A stretch of 64,000 nucleotides of DNA, taken from assembly GCF_009914755.1 (NCBI RefSeq), contig NC_060930.1; one strand, written 5' to 3'. Both the position numbers and the translations under genes were made by a program. The DNA is from the human T2T-CHM13v2.0 reference genome, Homo sapiens. The notes beneath the pieces are model-generated. The model worked only from the letters and a program-made list of their open reading frames with translations. It ran no database searches and was not told where the DNA came from. Of this stretch, positions 25,304 through 37,216 are shown one piece after another (position 1 is the first letter of the stretch; each line of letters opens with the position of its first letter).

Positions 25304-26145
25304 CTTTGAAAAGTTCTCATAAAAATAGTAATAAGCCAAGCGTGGTGGCTCACACCTGTAATCCCAACACTTTGGGAATCTGAGGCGGGTGGATCACCTG
25401 AGGTCAGGAGTTTGAGATCAGCCTGGCCAACATAGTGAAATATCATCTCTACTAAAAAATATATATAAAAATTAGCCAGTCATGGTAACATGCCTGTAGT
25501 CCCAGCTACTCTGGAGGCTGAGGCAGGAGAATTGCTGGAATCCAGAGGCAGAGGTTTCAGTGAGCCAAGATCATGTCACTGCACTCTAGTCTGGGAGACA
25601 GAGCAAGACTCTGTCTCAAAAAAAAAAACAAAACAAAAACAACAACTAATAGTAAATTTAAGAGTCAGTAGAGGGTTCTACATTTATTGCTTAAAAATAA
25701 TATAATTATGGAACTATTCTCATTGTCTACTACTAAAGTTTCCCATAATGCCATAATAATTTCTTTGTTCTGCTCATTCATTATTACAAAGCTTTTTTTT
25801 AACCAAGTTTTGAATAAGTAACACTTTTAAAGGAAGATGAAAATTTACGTGATAATTATATTCTCTGTATATAGAATTTTCTGTGTATACCTCTGCTCAA
25901 AGTAAAGGTATAAAAAATTGAGGTTTATCAGAATATTTTGATGTATAAGATTATGAAGCTATTTGGGTGTTTATCATCATAATTTTTTATAAATACATTA
26001 AACATCCCCAAATAACTATTTTGGTATAGTTTCACATATACATCTTGGATTATTAGACTGTATGCCAAAATTTAAATCATTCTATAGAAAAAGTCACATA
26101 TTGATTTTTAAAGGGTAATGCACAACAACGACTCAATCCGCTGTT
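25304..26145 (-). pseudogene. Pseudo-exon (CADG-like) interrupted by an Alu
   Basis: acceptor tttcctttgctgttgtcag|, donor ag|gtatct; NQYVTFSIE (cf. DAG1 QTSSVFSIEV), EQRNYYGI (cf. NSQLMYGL). Confidence 0.55.
25334..25647 (+). mobile_element. Alu (AluSx/Sz-like)
   Basis: dimeric Alu with gatcacctgaggtcaggagt; partial TSD aatagtaa at 25324-25331 and 25648-25655. Confidence 0.95.
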
Positions 26146-26411
26146 CTGACAACAGCAAAGGAAATCAATACCAGCCAAGGTAAAAGGTTCAGGAAAAATT
26201 TAAAAAGAACGACACTGCTAAGCTAGTCGTCATTCGTTAAGTTTTACAATTTTTATGCAAAAAGAAAGAAGGGGAAAAAGCCAGGGATGTTGATGAATCA
26301 GCCTCAAAGCTTTTCACAGTATCACCACCAACAATACTGAAATATGTCAAAGCCTGTGTGAAAAATGAAAACCAGTGACAGTGAAAGCATTCAGCTTGAA
26401 AGATATATTAC

Positions 26412-26935
26412 CTCTTTCCCATGTCACACTTCAGAAACAATACAAAACACGATTACCAGTCCCAGCGGAAGGAAGGACTCTTTACAAGTGATATTACCAT
26501 TTCAAAATATCTTTGTATAAAGGCAGAGCAAAATGAAGACTCTGAAACATCAGGACTTCTGAGACAGAGTTGGAATTTCTATAAAAGAAATATATTCCTG
26601 GATAGAATAAAGATGGCAGATGGGAGTGGAAAGGAGTCAGTTTGTATATCACTGGTTCATGCTTAGTTGGGATTCAGTAAGAGGAATAAAAATTTGTAAC
26701 TATAAAGGCTGTACATATATTATTAGCATGAGTAGTGTGGATTTGATAGAGCATAAAATTTAAATCAAATGTTTGTATGCCACTGTCAGAGGTGCCAGTG
26801 CCCCCAAAGGAAGTCCCCATTCAGAGCTTAAAGTGTGGAATGTCTGCAAATCAGTTGAAAATTAACATGCAATCTAGTTGGTGATGAGATTCCATTTCTC
26901 GTCTGTGCTGGCCATTTTATGAAACCTCTAGGAGT
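26412..26935 (-). pseudogene. Pseudo-exon(s): S6-like C-terminus and CADG-like start (alternative acceptor at 26578)
   Basis: acceptor ttcttctttcctgtttag|, donor ag|gtaata; TPRGFIKWPAQ...ALNGDFLWGHWHL, then PSFRWDW*S...DMGK (cf. DAG1 PSWLHWDSQS...DKG). Confidence 0.6.
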
Positions 26936-27079
26936 CTAAACAGGAAAGAAGAATAATACATTTCAAGTGCTGTGTTCCTTTCCTTTTTTTCTTCAGGCAC
27001 TATGCAGTATGAACTCATTTCTCTAAAGGTGAGGACTTTCCTAAGAACTAAGGGAAAAAGTTCAACTTTTTAAATGAAC

Positions 27080-27458
27080 TATCTCAGTCTGTGCAAGCTG
27101 CCATAACAAAACAATACAGCCCGGGTGGCCTAAACACCAGATATTTACTTTCTTAGAGTTTGAGATGCTGGGGAGTCCAGGATCAAGGTCCTGCATAGTT
27201 AGTTTCTAGTGAAGGCTCTTTTCCTGGCTTTAAGAGAGCTGCTTTCTCTCACTGTTCTCTCTTGGTGAAGAGAGAGAAAGCTCTTTGGTCTCTTTTTATA
27301 AGTACACTAATGTTGTTAGATCAGGGCCCCATCCTTATATGACCTCTTTTAACTTTATTTTCTCCTAAAGACTCTATCTCCAAATAACAGTCACATTTGG
27401 GGTTAGGACTTCAACACCTGGACCTGGGGTGAGGGGGGACAAAATTCAGTCAGTAGCA
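27080..27458 (-). mobile_element. MLT1A-like solo LTR
   Basis: gctgccataacaaaacaatacag...ggggacaaaattcagtcagtagca; TSD tgaac on both sides. Confidence 0.85.
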
Positions 27459-27689
27459 TGAACTATGACAAAATGTTACATAATCTAAACTAATAAAGCT
27501 AAGATGGGGGGATCATAACTTCAAAATTACTTAAACTAATTTTAGGGTTTTAAAAACAATTTTACTCTAATGGTTTAGTTCCCTACAAGACATTAAAAAT
27601 GGTCATGGTAGTTTTTCCCAGTTTGCCTAATCACTAATGTGAGAATCATTCAGGTGTGCCTGCATGCGAATGCATATGTTTTAACTTAC

Positions 27690-27906
27690 ATTTAAACAAC
27701 TATTAGTGCTTAAGAAATACAATCTATTTTTATGTATTGTCACATGTTCAAAAATTGTATTTAGGGTATTTGTTGAAGAAAGAAAACCTGTGATACATTT
27801 CAGAACTAAGATACCAGAGTTAGCTTTGCTGAATATCCTCAACCATCTACTTTGAGCCAAGATGCCCGACCAATGTCCATGCTCACAATATATTCTTTTA
27901 TTCATC
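27690..27906 (-). pseudogene. Pseudo-exon, fully open 217 bp
   Basis: acceptor ttgtattag|, donor aat|gtaagt; coincides with track ORF 27681-27905 (72 codons, no stop); phase 2-to-0 matches both neighbours. Confidence 0.6.
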
Positions 27907-28136
27907 CTAATACAACTAAAACAGATTATATCTATCGAGACATAGTAAATAAACTTGAAATAAGTAACTGACTAAATGAACATTAAATTAACACAACAGA
28001 GTGTGCAGCTAAGGTTGTATGAATTCTTCCTCCCTAAATTCAAAGCTCATGGCTTAGTGAGGGTGCCACATTTAAAAAATTATTACTTTAAGAAAATTTA
28101 TGATACATAGATAAATGTCTACATCTGTATCTGTAC

Positions 28137-28560
28137 CTCTTGTGTACCTGATCTTTCTCCCAATTTCCCTGTTTCAACAGAAAAGATAACATTCATACAG
28201 CTAACTTCATCATTTGCTGAGTAATATTTCCATTAACCCACTTGGCCTAGGTTATGAGGAAGTAGATATGATCTAATATAAATCCTATTTTGTCCTCTTT
28301 CACTCCAGTCTCAGGCAGGTTTTGACACAGAAGCACTTCCAAACATTTAGCGTTTCAGTGAAACACTTTTGGAGGTGCTGGTGCCACGTGGATGTCAGGA
28401 GAGGAACGACTATTGTCTGTACATTCGTCCTCAATAGATGTGCTTTTTGACAGAAAGCATGGAAGGCTTTTGATAGAGGGAATTAGTCATAGTCTGGTGT
28501 TTCATTAATTCCTTTACACAAGTTTGTTTATAGTCTGTAAATTCAGCCATTAGTCTTCTA
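28137..28560 (-). pseudogene. Pseudo-exon, first CADG-like unit (5' boundary uncertain)
   Basis: donor ag|gtacag in phase 2; KWVNGNITQQMM (cf. DAG1 SWVQFNSNSQLM). Confidence 0.45.
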
Positions 28561-28599
28561 TCTATCAGCGGTTATATTTGTAATTAAACACAGCTTTAC

Positions 28600-29165
28600 A
28601 AGTTTCTTTTAAAACTCTTTGGTTATACCTGCTAAAGCTAAATATGTACCTACCCTACGATTCAGAAGACAAGTTCTAGCATGTACCTAGCAACATAATG
28701 CTAGTTAGGCCCAAACTGATAGTTTCCAAAATGCTCTTTATTTTTGCCCATCAGCAAAAAATAGAATGGATAATTACACTGTGCCATATTCAGAGAACTG
28801 CATACTATACAGCAATGGGAATGAATGAACCCAAATACATAAAAAAAATGATGAATCTCACAGGAATGACATTGAGCAGGAAAAAAAAACTGAGCTAAGA
28901 CTTCAGACTATGATTTCATTCGTGAGATGTTCAAAAATTAACCAAACAATTTACAGTTTTAGAAGCCAGAAGAGTGGTTACCTTTGATATGGGATTGTTG
29001 AAAAGAAGGGAAATGAGGGAAGCTTCTGGGTGTTGATACTTTTTCATCTTGGTGCTAGTTAAACAATTGCCTTCAGCTGGTGAAAATGCAATGCACTGCA
29101 GACATAATTTGTGTGTTTTTCTATATAATATAGTTCAATAAAAAGTAAATACGAAACAAACAAAT
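28600..29165 (+). mobile_element. L1ME-type 3' remnant
   Basis: aatagaatggataa...tactatacagcaatgggaatgaatgaac...ttcaataaaaagt. Confidence 0.7.
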
Positions 29166-29528
29166 ACACAATACTCTCAAAGACAATTGTGTGGGGGTGG
29201 TTAAGGCAGCTTGAAATGTTATAAACTCCATTTAAAGTGTATACACAGTCAAGTTTTTAAGCCTTTGATTTATATTTCTTATAGATTTAATGATTAAAAA
29301 TCTCAAATTTTCACATCCAGTCGTTGGGATGTCTTGTACAGATTTAGCTTTATGTAACTATCTCCCTTGGTAATTTTATGTAACTATCTCACTGGATAAT
29401 TATATCAGCTAATCCTTTTTCTCTCCAAGAATACTATCGTAATATTCTCCATGAAATTACTGATTTTCTTCTCTTCATGATTTCTGCCTTATATTTATTC
29501 ACCCTCTGACTCCTATTTCTTTCATTTC

Positions 29529-31881
29529 TGTATTAGTTCATTCTCACACTGCTATTAGAATATACCTGAGACTGAGTAATTTATAAAGGAAAGAGGTTTA
29601 ATTGACTCACACTTCAGCATGATTGTGGAGGCCTCAGGAAACTTACAATCATAATGGAAGGGGAAGAAAACCTGTCCTACTTCATATGGCAGCAGTAATG
29701 AGAAGAATGAGTGCCCAGCAAAGGGGGAAGCCCTTTATAAAACCATCATCTCTCCTGAGAACTGACTCACTATCAGAAGAACAGGATGGGGAAAACTGCC
29801 CCCATGATTCACTTATCTCCACTTGTCCTTCCCATGACACATGGGGATTATGGGAACTATAATTAAATATGAGATTTGGGGGGTGGACACAGCCAAGCCA
29901 CATCAATCCACCCCTGTCCCCTCCAAAATCCCATGTCCTCACAATGTAAAGCACAATCATGCCCTTCCAACAGTGTCCTAAAGTCTTAACTCATTCCAGC
30001 ATTAACACAAAGGTCCAAGTCTAAAGTCTCATATGAGACAAGACAGGTCCCTTCCACCTATGAGTCTGTGAAATCAAAAGCAAGTTGTTACTTCCTAGTA
30101 CAAGGGGGGAGCAGGCATTGGGTAAATACACCCAATCCAAATGGGAGAAATTGGCCAAAGCAATGGGGCTACAGGTCCCATACAAGTCCGAAATCTAACA
30201 AGGCAGAAATTAAATCTTAAAGCTTTGAAATAATCTGCTTTGACCCCATGTCTCATACCCAGGTCATGCTGATGCAAGAGGTAGTCTCCCACAGTGTTTG
30301 GCAGCTCCACCCCTGTGGCTTTGCAGGGCACAGCACCTCTCTGGCTGCCTTCACTGGCTGGCATTGAGTGTCTGAAGCTTTTCCAGGTGCATGGTGCAAG
30401 CTGTCAGTGGATCTCCCATTCTTGGGTCTGGAGGATGGTGGCCCTTTTCTCATAGCTCCATTAGGCAGTGCCCCAGTGGGGACTCTGTGTGTGGTGGGGG
30501 GACTCCAACCCCAAATTTCCCTTATACATTGCCCTAGCGGAGGTTCTCCATGAGCATCCTGCCCCTGAAGCAAACTTCTGCCTGGGCATCCAGGCATTTT
30601 CATACATCTTCTGAAATCTAGACAAAGGTTCCCAAACCCCAATTCTTAACTTCTATGCACTCGCAGGTTCAACACCATGTGGAAGCTGCCAAGGCTTGGG
30701 GCTTGCACCCTCTGAAGCCATGACCCAAGCTGCACCTTGGCCCTTTTTAGCCATGGCTGGAGCTGAAACAACTGGGACACAGGGCACCATTTCTGGAGCC
30801 TGCATATAGCAGAGGGCACTGGGCATTGCCCATCAAACCATTTTTCCCTCCTAGGCCTACAGGCCTGTGATAGGAGGGGCTGCCATGAAGGTCTCTGGCA
30901 TGCTCTGGAGATATTTTCCCCATTGTCTTGGTGACTAACATTTTGCTCTTCATTACTTATGCAAATTTCTGCAGCCAGTTTGAGTTTCTCCCCAGAAAAT
31001 GGGGTCTTTTCTATTACATAGTCAGACTGCAAATTTTCCAAACTTCTATGCTCTGTTTCCTCTTGAACACTTTGTCACTTAGAAATTTCTTCTGCCAGAT
31101 ACCCTAGATCATCTCTCTCAAGTTCAAAGTTCCACAAATGTCTAGGGTAGGGGCAAAATGCTGCCAGTCTCTTTGCATAGCGAGAGTGACCTTTACTCCA
31201 GTTCCCAACAAGCTCCTTATCTCCATCTAGACTGCCTCAGCCTGGACTTTATTGTCCATATCACTATGAGCATTTTGGTTAAAGTCATTCAAAAAGTTTC
31301 TAGGAAGTTCCAGCCTTTCCCAGATATTCCTATCTTCTGAGGCCTCCAAGTCTCTGGGAAGTTCCAAACTTTCCCACATTTTCCTGTCTTCCTCTGAGAC
31401 CTCCAAAAGATTCCCACCTCTGCATGTTACCCAGTTCCAAAGTCACTTCCACATTTTGGGGTATCTTTACAGCAGCACCCTACTCTACCAGTACGAATTT
31501 CTTGTATTAGTCTGTTCTCACGCTGCTAATAAAGACATACCTGAGACTGGGTGATTTATAAGGGGAAGAGGTTTAATTGACTCACAGTTCAGCATGGTTG
31601 GGGAGGCCTCCAGAAACTTACAATCATAGTGGAAGGGGAAGCAAACACATCCTTCTTCACATGGTGGCAGCAAGGAGAAGAATGAATGCCCAGCAGAGGG
31701 GAAAGCCCATTATAAAAACTATCAGATCTCATGACAACTTACTCACTATCACGAGAACAGGATGGAGGAAACCGCCCCCATGATTCAGTTACCTTCACCT
31801 GGTCCCTCCCATGACACATGGGGATTATGGGAACTACAATTCAAGATGAGATTTGGATGGGGAAATAGCCAAACCATATAA
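29529..31881 (-). mobile_element. Full-length THE1 (C-like) provirus: LTR 29529-29905, internal, LTR 31503-31881
   Basis: two direct LTRs flanking THE1-int; TSD atttc/atttt; the track ORFs here are decayed MaLR internal sequence. Confidence 0.93.
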
Positions 31882-31953
31882 ATTTTCATTTCAGAGTACT
31901 AGACATTTATTTCCTTGGTTTTGGCTTCTTTGAAAACTACTTTAAGATATATT

Positions 31954-32333
31954 TGCTGTGGCTGAATATCTGTCTCTCCCTAAATTTCTATGTTGAAGCC
32001 TAATCCCCAGTGTGATGATATTTAGAGGAGGGGACTTTGGGAAGTAACCAGGTCATGAAAGCAGAACCTTGTGAATGGGATTAGTGTCCTTATAAGAAGA
32101 GACACATGAGAGCTTGCTTTCTTTCCCTCTTCCTCTCCTCTCACACTCCTCTGTGTGAGGATACAAGAAGGTGTCCATCTGCAAACCACATAGAGCTTCC
32201 TCACTAGGAATCCAATCAGCCAGGACATTGATCTTGGACTTCCCACCCTTCAGAACTGTAAGAAATAAATTTCTGTTGTTTAAGCCATCCAGTCTATGGT
32301 ACTTTTGTTTAGTCACCTAAACTAATTATGACA
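31954..32333 (+). mobile_element. MLT1A-like solo LTR
   Basis: tgctgtggctgaat...gttgaagcctaatccccagtgtga...aaataaatttctgttgtttaagcca...gaca. Confidence 0.85.
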
Positions 32334-32619
32334 GTATTCTTAGATCACATACATAGCATATAGTTCACATTTGAAAATCCTAAGAGACCAAAATTAGTGA
32401 TCACCACTGCTCACCCATTTGCACAACATAGAAAAGACATGATCTTCATCCATTAACTTTATTAATCAAATTCATATTTCTGACCCTCAACACAATTAAT
32501 AAACATTCTAAATATGAAGGTGACATAAACACTTCCTAAATTAAATCAGTGCATTCATTGTGCTGGACTTCTATTAACTTCAATAGGAATAGCACTTTGT
32601 TTAAGAGGCTGAATAAGAG

Positions 32620-34440
32620 ACCCAAAGCCAGGGAATGAGATACAGGGTTTTACTGTGGGGGATGAAAAATATATACCCCCTCCTGGGTAGTCTATCTACA
32701 GAGGTCTGTGGCCCCCAGGACATGAAAGATTTTGAGGTTGTGTATGTATACCTGGGGCAAAATGACAAAGAGAAAATAAACACAATGTTTGATAGAAGAA
32801 TAGGGTGGCTATCCTGAGCAACAAAGGTTGTATATTTCAAAGTGACCAGTGTCATGCTACATTTGTCAGCAGGTCACTCTGAGTGTACCCTTAGCTGTCT
32901 CCTTACCTTTGGCTCACTTGTCTTTCATCCCAGCCGCATGCACCCTTTGCTCACATGGTTTCTCCATTTCCCCTAAGTCAGCGACAACTTTGGTCACCAA
33001 GACCTGGCTGTCCTACCAGGGGGCTCAGGATAGACATTAGCATGCCATATCATTGGTTGGGTGCCTACTATAAGATGTTATCTTTCACACTGGCAGTGAA
33101 AAGCTCATTATGAGACCTCAGTAATGCTCAGCATAGATAGCATGCTTCATCCCTAATTCCTGGAGGATGTCCTGCAATTCCACAATAGGCTGCCATTACA
33201 CAAGAGACTTGGGGACATCTGCCTTATTTGGTCAGGCTGCCATGCAGCCCCCAACCACCCATATAAGGGAGAGTGTGAACATATTCTCATTATTGGTGCC
33301 ACAGAGGCACTGCCTCAGGGCAGGGTGGTTTGTGATGGATGCCATTTAACTCCCCTTAAATTTGGAGGGTATAATATCCTCTGCCCCCATGTCCCATAGA
33401 CAGAGAAGTCACCCCACAATCAACTCTTTTCCCTTCTGTAGGAACCTATTCCACAATTCCACAGTGGCACAGCCCTGCATTGTGGTGTGCAGCCCTACAA
33501 GACTTGCCCCCTTTCAGATGAAAGCAAGTCTTGTAGGGCTACTCCCTATAGGTGCAGTTGGTCTGTCTTTATCTTGGCAGTAACTATGGGACAGGTGGAG
33601 AGCATGGGAACTTCTGCAGACTCATAAAGGTCCTCACTCTCCTCCCCACTAGACATCTCCATGGAGTCCCTGGACATAAGATCCAGGACAATTCAGCCAT
33701 GAAAGCCCCAACTTATTGACATGGCAGCCTTCAAACAGGCTACCCAACAAGCCAGGGTCTCCTTTCCATTATCCTGGTCCCACAGGTGGGGCACCAAGGT
33801 CTCTGACATTTCAGCCTGAATTAATGTGGCATCTCTTTCTAGTCACAACTCATCCTGTAACTGATGAACTCTTGCCTATGATTGAAGCTCAGCTTCAGTG
33901 GCTGCTCAGAGTGCAGTCAGAAGTGGCCACAGCTGCCAGAACCCAGACATCTTACTTTTCCTCAGTTAGATCTGCCTTGTGCAACAACTGTTCCAGACCT
34001 TTCAGCATTTACAGGGTGTCCCACTACTCACACACTGGGCCCCATTTCATTAAAGATAGTGGCTACAGACTCCCACATAGAAGTGGATGGCCAACCCAGG
34101 ATTTTCCTCTTCACCCATCCCATTGTCTTGGCACTCATGGGGATTTCCTCAACCTCATACTGGGCTTGCCAATTGTCGTACAGACCCCTATTAACTTCAG
34201 TAGGGATAGCACCATGTTCAAGAGGCCGAGGAAAAGACCTGGCACCAGCAAAGGACATATGGGTTTTTACTGGGGGACTTATATCAGGGATGGTCCAGTG
34301 CTGGACAAGAGAAACAGTTCCATTTGTAAAAAGCATACAGTTTACATAGATCACGTGTGTCTGTGTTCTCAGGGAATGCTTAAGTTATTGCTATCAGGTG
34401 CATCTCCCAAAAAGCTATAAATAGAAGGAGGTAGTGTGGT
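32620..34440 (-). mobile_element. Class III (ERVL-like) internal pol fragment (RNase H and integrase), no LTRs recognised
   Basis: GC-richer island; minus-strand LFTNGT (FTDGS-like), RGLYDNWQAQ..., GLHTTMQGCATVELWNRFLQK (integrase YHPQ..G.IE.WN..LK-like). Confidence 0.65.
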
Positions 34441-36407
34441 CTGTCAAACAATTCAGGAATGATTTTTTTGGCTAATATAAGCACCACATGAAAACCCTCA
34501 GAAGGTTCGATCTGGTTTCCCCAAGTCTCAATGAGTAAGGTTGAAGATGGTGAAAACTGATGCAAGTTCTAAAACATGCTATTTGAAAAACTTTAGTAAA
34601 TTCTTCTATCATAGTACAGCAAAAAGCTCATGGCAGTGCTAATAGAGAGTGAAAAGGACATTTTCTGAATACATGTGGGACTATTATTCTAGGCTTCATG
34701 TACAATAGAGACTGGACCAGGTTATTAGTTTAGATCAGCACTCAAGTCAATATTATTTTCTCTTTCTTTTTCACCTCTGTATTCCTACAGCCCAGCATAA
34801 TATATATTGCATATAGCAGGCAATGCAAACATCTTTTGACTACATGCGTGCATAATTTGAAGAATGAAGGGAGCAAGAGGGATGTGAGAGTAGGTCATTT
34901 GCTCTGGGCCTAATGAGCAGAACTGTGAATGGCCTATAAGAGGTAGAGACATGTGGGTGTGCATTAACAGATACTTAATAAGCAGTTTAATTACCATGCT
35001 GAGTCTGGCCTATATCACAATGCATTATTGTAAGGCTATAAATTATTTATGTGGCTTAAATATATGTATCTGCTTTCATCCTCTTTTTTTCTAAATAGTT
35101 GGTATTAACTAGCATCTTGACAAAAAATACAATTATATGTATTTCCTTAAGAAAAGGAAGAAAATATACCTAGAATGGAAAAATCAATTTGTGAGATCTA
35201 TATTTTTCATGTTATAAAGTATTTTCACTTTGAGAATTACCAGGATTAATTGACCTCATTTGTTCTCCATGTGGCAGTATTCAGACCTTCCAATAGATGT
35301 ATTCCCCCTTCCCCCAACAAGTGAACAATAATTTCTTAAAAAGCTCCTTTTGGAAACATTCCCAGATTTAAGTAAATACGTTGAAAATAGAACTGAGAAA
35401 ATAGTGCTTTTCAAAGGGAAGATCATAAAGGTAACTTTTAGATGGAAACTAATTTTTGTTGAATTAAACAGAAATGTGTTACCAGAGGCCTGTGAAATAC
35501 CAGCCCAATGGTGAGTAGTCAATGAGTACACAGCTCATGAAGACTCCAGCAGGAACTTCGAACATTACTTTAAAGATGGAGGTGGGTATAGCTCCACACA
35601 GTTCTCAAAATAAACACACTTGGGTCTATTGTATGGCCTGAGTAGCAGTGCCCTTAGTAAAAACATAGGTGAACTGGGATCCATCAACTTATAGCCACAA
35701 TTGAAAGAAAACCAATTTTGTTAATGGAGGTAGGTTCCCAGAAAGATTACATGATATTATAATTAACTACTTAAGAAAGACAGGCAGGATATGAGTAAGT
35801 GTGCTAGGTTCAATTCTAAAGTTGTGACAGAAGCAATAAGCAGTCAAAATAGCAAATGACTCTGACGTTTTTGTTTTTTAATTTGAGAGTAATGGGGGTT
35901 TTTTTGCATTGCAAAAAGTCAAAGAAAAACATTAAGAGAAAGTCTATATTTGTTACAACAAACTTATTGCAATGAAACACAGGGAAAAATGGTCCAGAAT
36001 GTGTCCGGGAAATTTCTTCTATGCATACTGAATGGCTGCTTCACTCTCTAGCAATTTCATGAATGTACTACACGAAGAAGACAAATGAAGCAATCTAGGT
36101 TTGAGCCACTCAGCTTCAGATTGTTACACAGTGACAAATTGAACATCCCTAAATATTTAATAACTGTAACAAAGGATGAGGGATGCATGATAGTAGGGAA
36201 ACAACTGAAAGTATATGGCTATTGATGGTGAGCCTGCCATAATAGATATAGGTACACACAAATATATGAACTTAATCACTCACCCCACCTCCTTCTGTTG
36301 TGCACACCTTATGTAAGGCTTATGAAAAATTTCTAAAATGATTAAAAAAACATGATTGACTCTGCACTCAATGAGCTTGGATATAATATTATAGTAGGGC
36401 CATAGAC

Positions 36408-36605
36408 TAGTGACTCAATATTCTGGAAATCATATATGCCTGTGAGAACCAAATGAAAATGATGAGATTCTTCCTTTAGGGGAAAGAAACCACATTTACA
36501 CAGATATCCATATAATTCTACATGTAATTTTGGTGGTTCACATACCTCTAAAGCCCATTCATGGGCCCAGGAGTTCATGGATTACATGTCCCAACTCTTG
36601 CCTAG
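36408..36605. mobile_element. hAT-Charlie type MER remnant
   Basis: cctgtgagaaccaaatgaaa and aaagcccattcatgggccc motifs; family uncertain. Confidence 0.4.
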
Positions 36606-36690
36606 ATGGTCTTCCCATACCTAATTTCCTACCATGATTCCAAATTTTATATTAGTCTGACATATGCAAGAAAGTTTTTACTATCACATT

Positions 36691-37216
36691 GTACTGTCTA
36701 TATATTGCTTCATAAATGTTAACTACCCCAAAACTTAGCAGCTAAAACCAAATATATATACATAGTTTCAAGATTAGGTCAGGAATCTTGAAGTACCTTA
36801 GCTGAGTGGTCTGGTTCATCACCTCTCAAGAAGTTGCAGGCAAGATGTTTGCTGGCACTGCAGTCATCTTTGAATCTGACTGGGTCAGGAATACCTGCTT
36901 CTAAGCTTACTCACATGGTTGATGGCAGGAGGTATCTGTTCTCTGCCAGTTGTCGGTTGCAGTCCTCAGTTTCTCATTATATGGGCCCCTTCATCAGGCT
37001 GCTCAGACTTGGCAGCTAGCTTTTCCCAAGAGAACCAAGATGACTGAAGAGAAAGCCATAGTGTCTGGTATGACCTAGGCTCAAAAGTGAAATAATAGGT
37101 TATAATCTATTGTTTGCACATAACAACCTTGATACAACATGAAAGAGGACTTCTCAAGGGCATTAACACTAAGTAATGAGGATCACTGGGGGCCACCTTA
37201 GAATCTGGCTACCACA
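36691..37216 (-). mobile_element. MLT1F-like LTR
   Basis: actaccccaaaacttagcagctaaaac start and ggggccaccttagaatctggctaccaca end. Confidence 0.8.

Larger units (their letters stand above)
5647..28560 (-). pseudogene. Candidate unitary pseudogene: multi-exon dystroglycan-like (CADG/S6/SEA-repeat) type I membrane protein, heavily disabled
   Basis: About 15 minus-strand segments with splice-site-like boundaries sit in the TE-free gaps; junctions are mostly in phase and translations show recurrent DAG1-like motifs. Many stops and frameshifts. 5' and 3' ends not defined. Confidence 0.68.

Noticed and set aside
5647-28560. Calling the fossil DAG1 itself or a DAG1 retrocopy
   Set aside because: Many introns, extra repeats and only remote motif similarity; no gene symbol assigned.
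29623-31783. Cluster of 60-130 aa ORFs
   Set aside because: Decayed THE1 LTR/internal sequence; homologous ORFs recur in the second THE1 at 54.4-56.7 kb.
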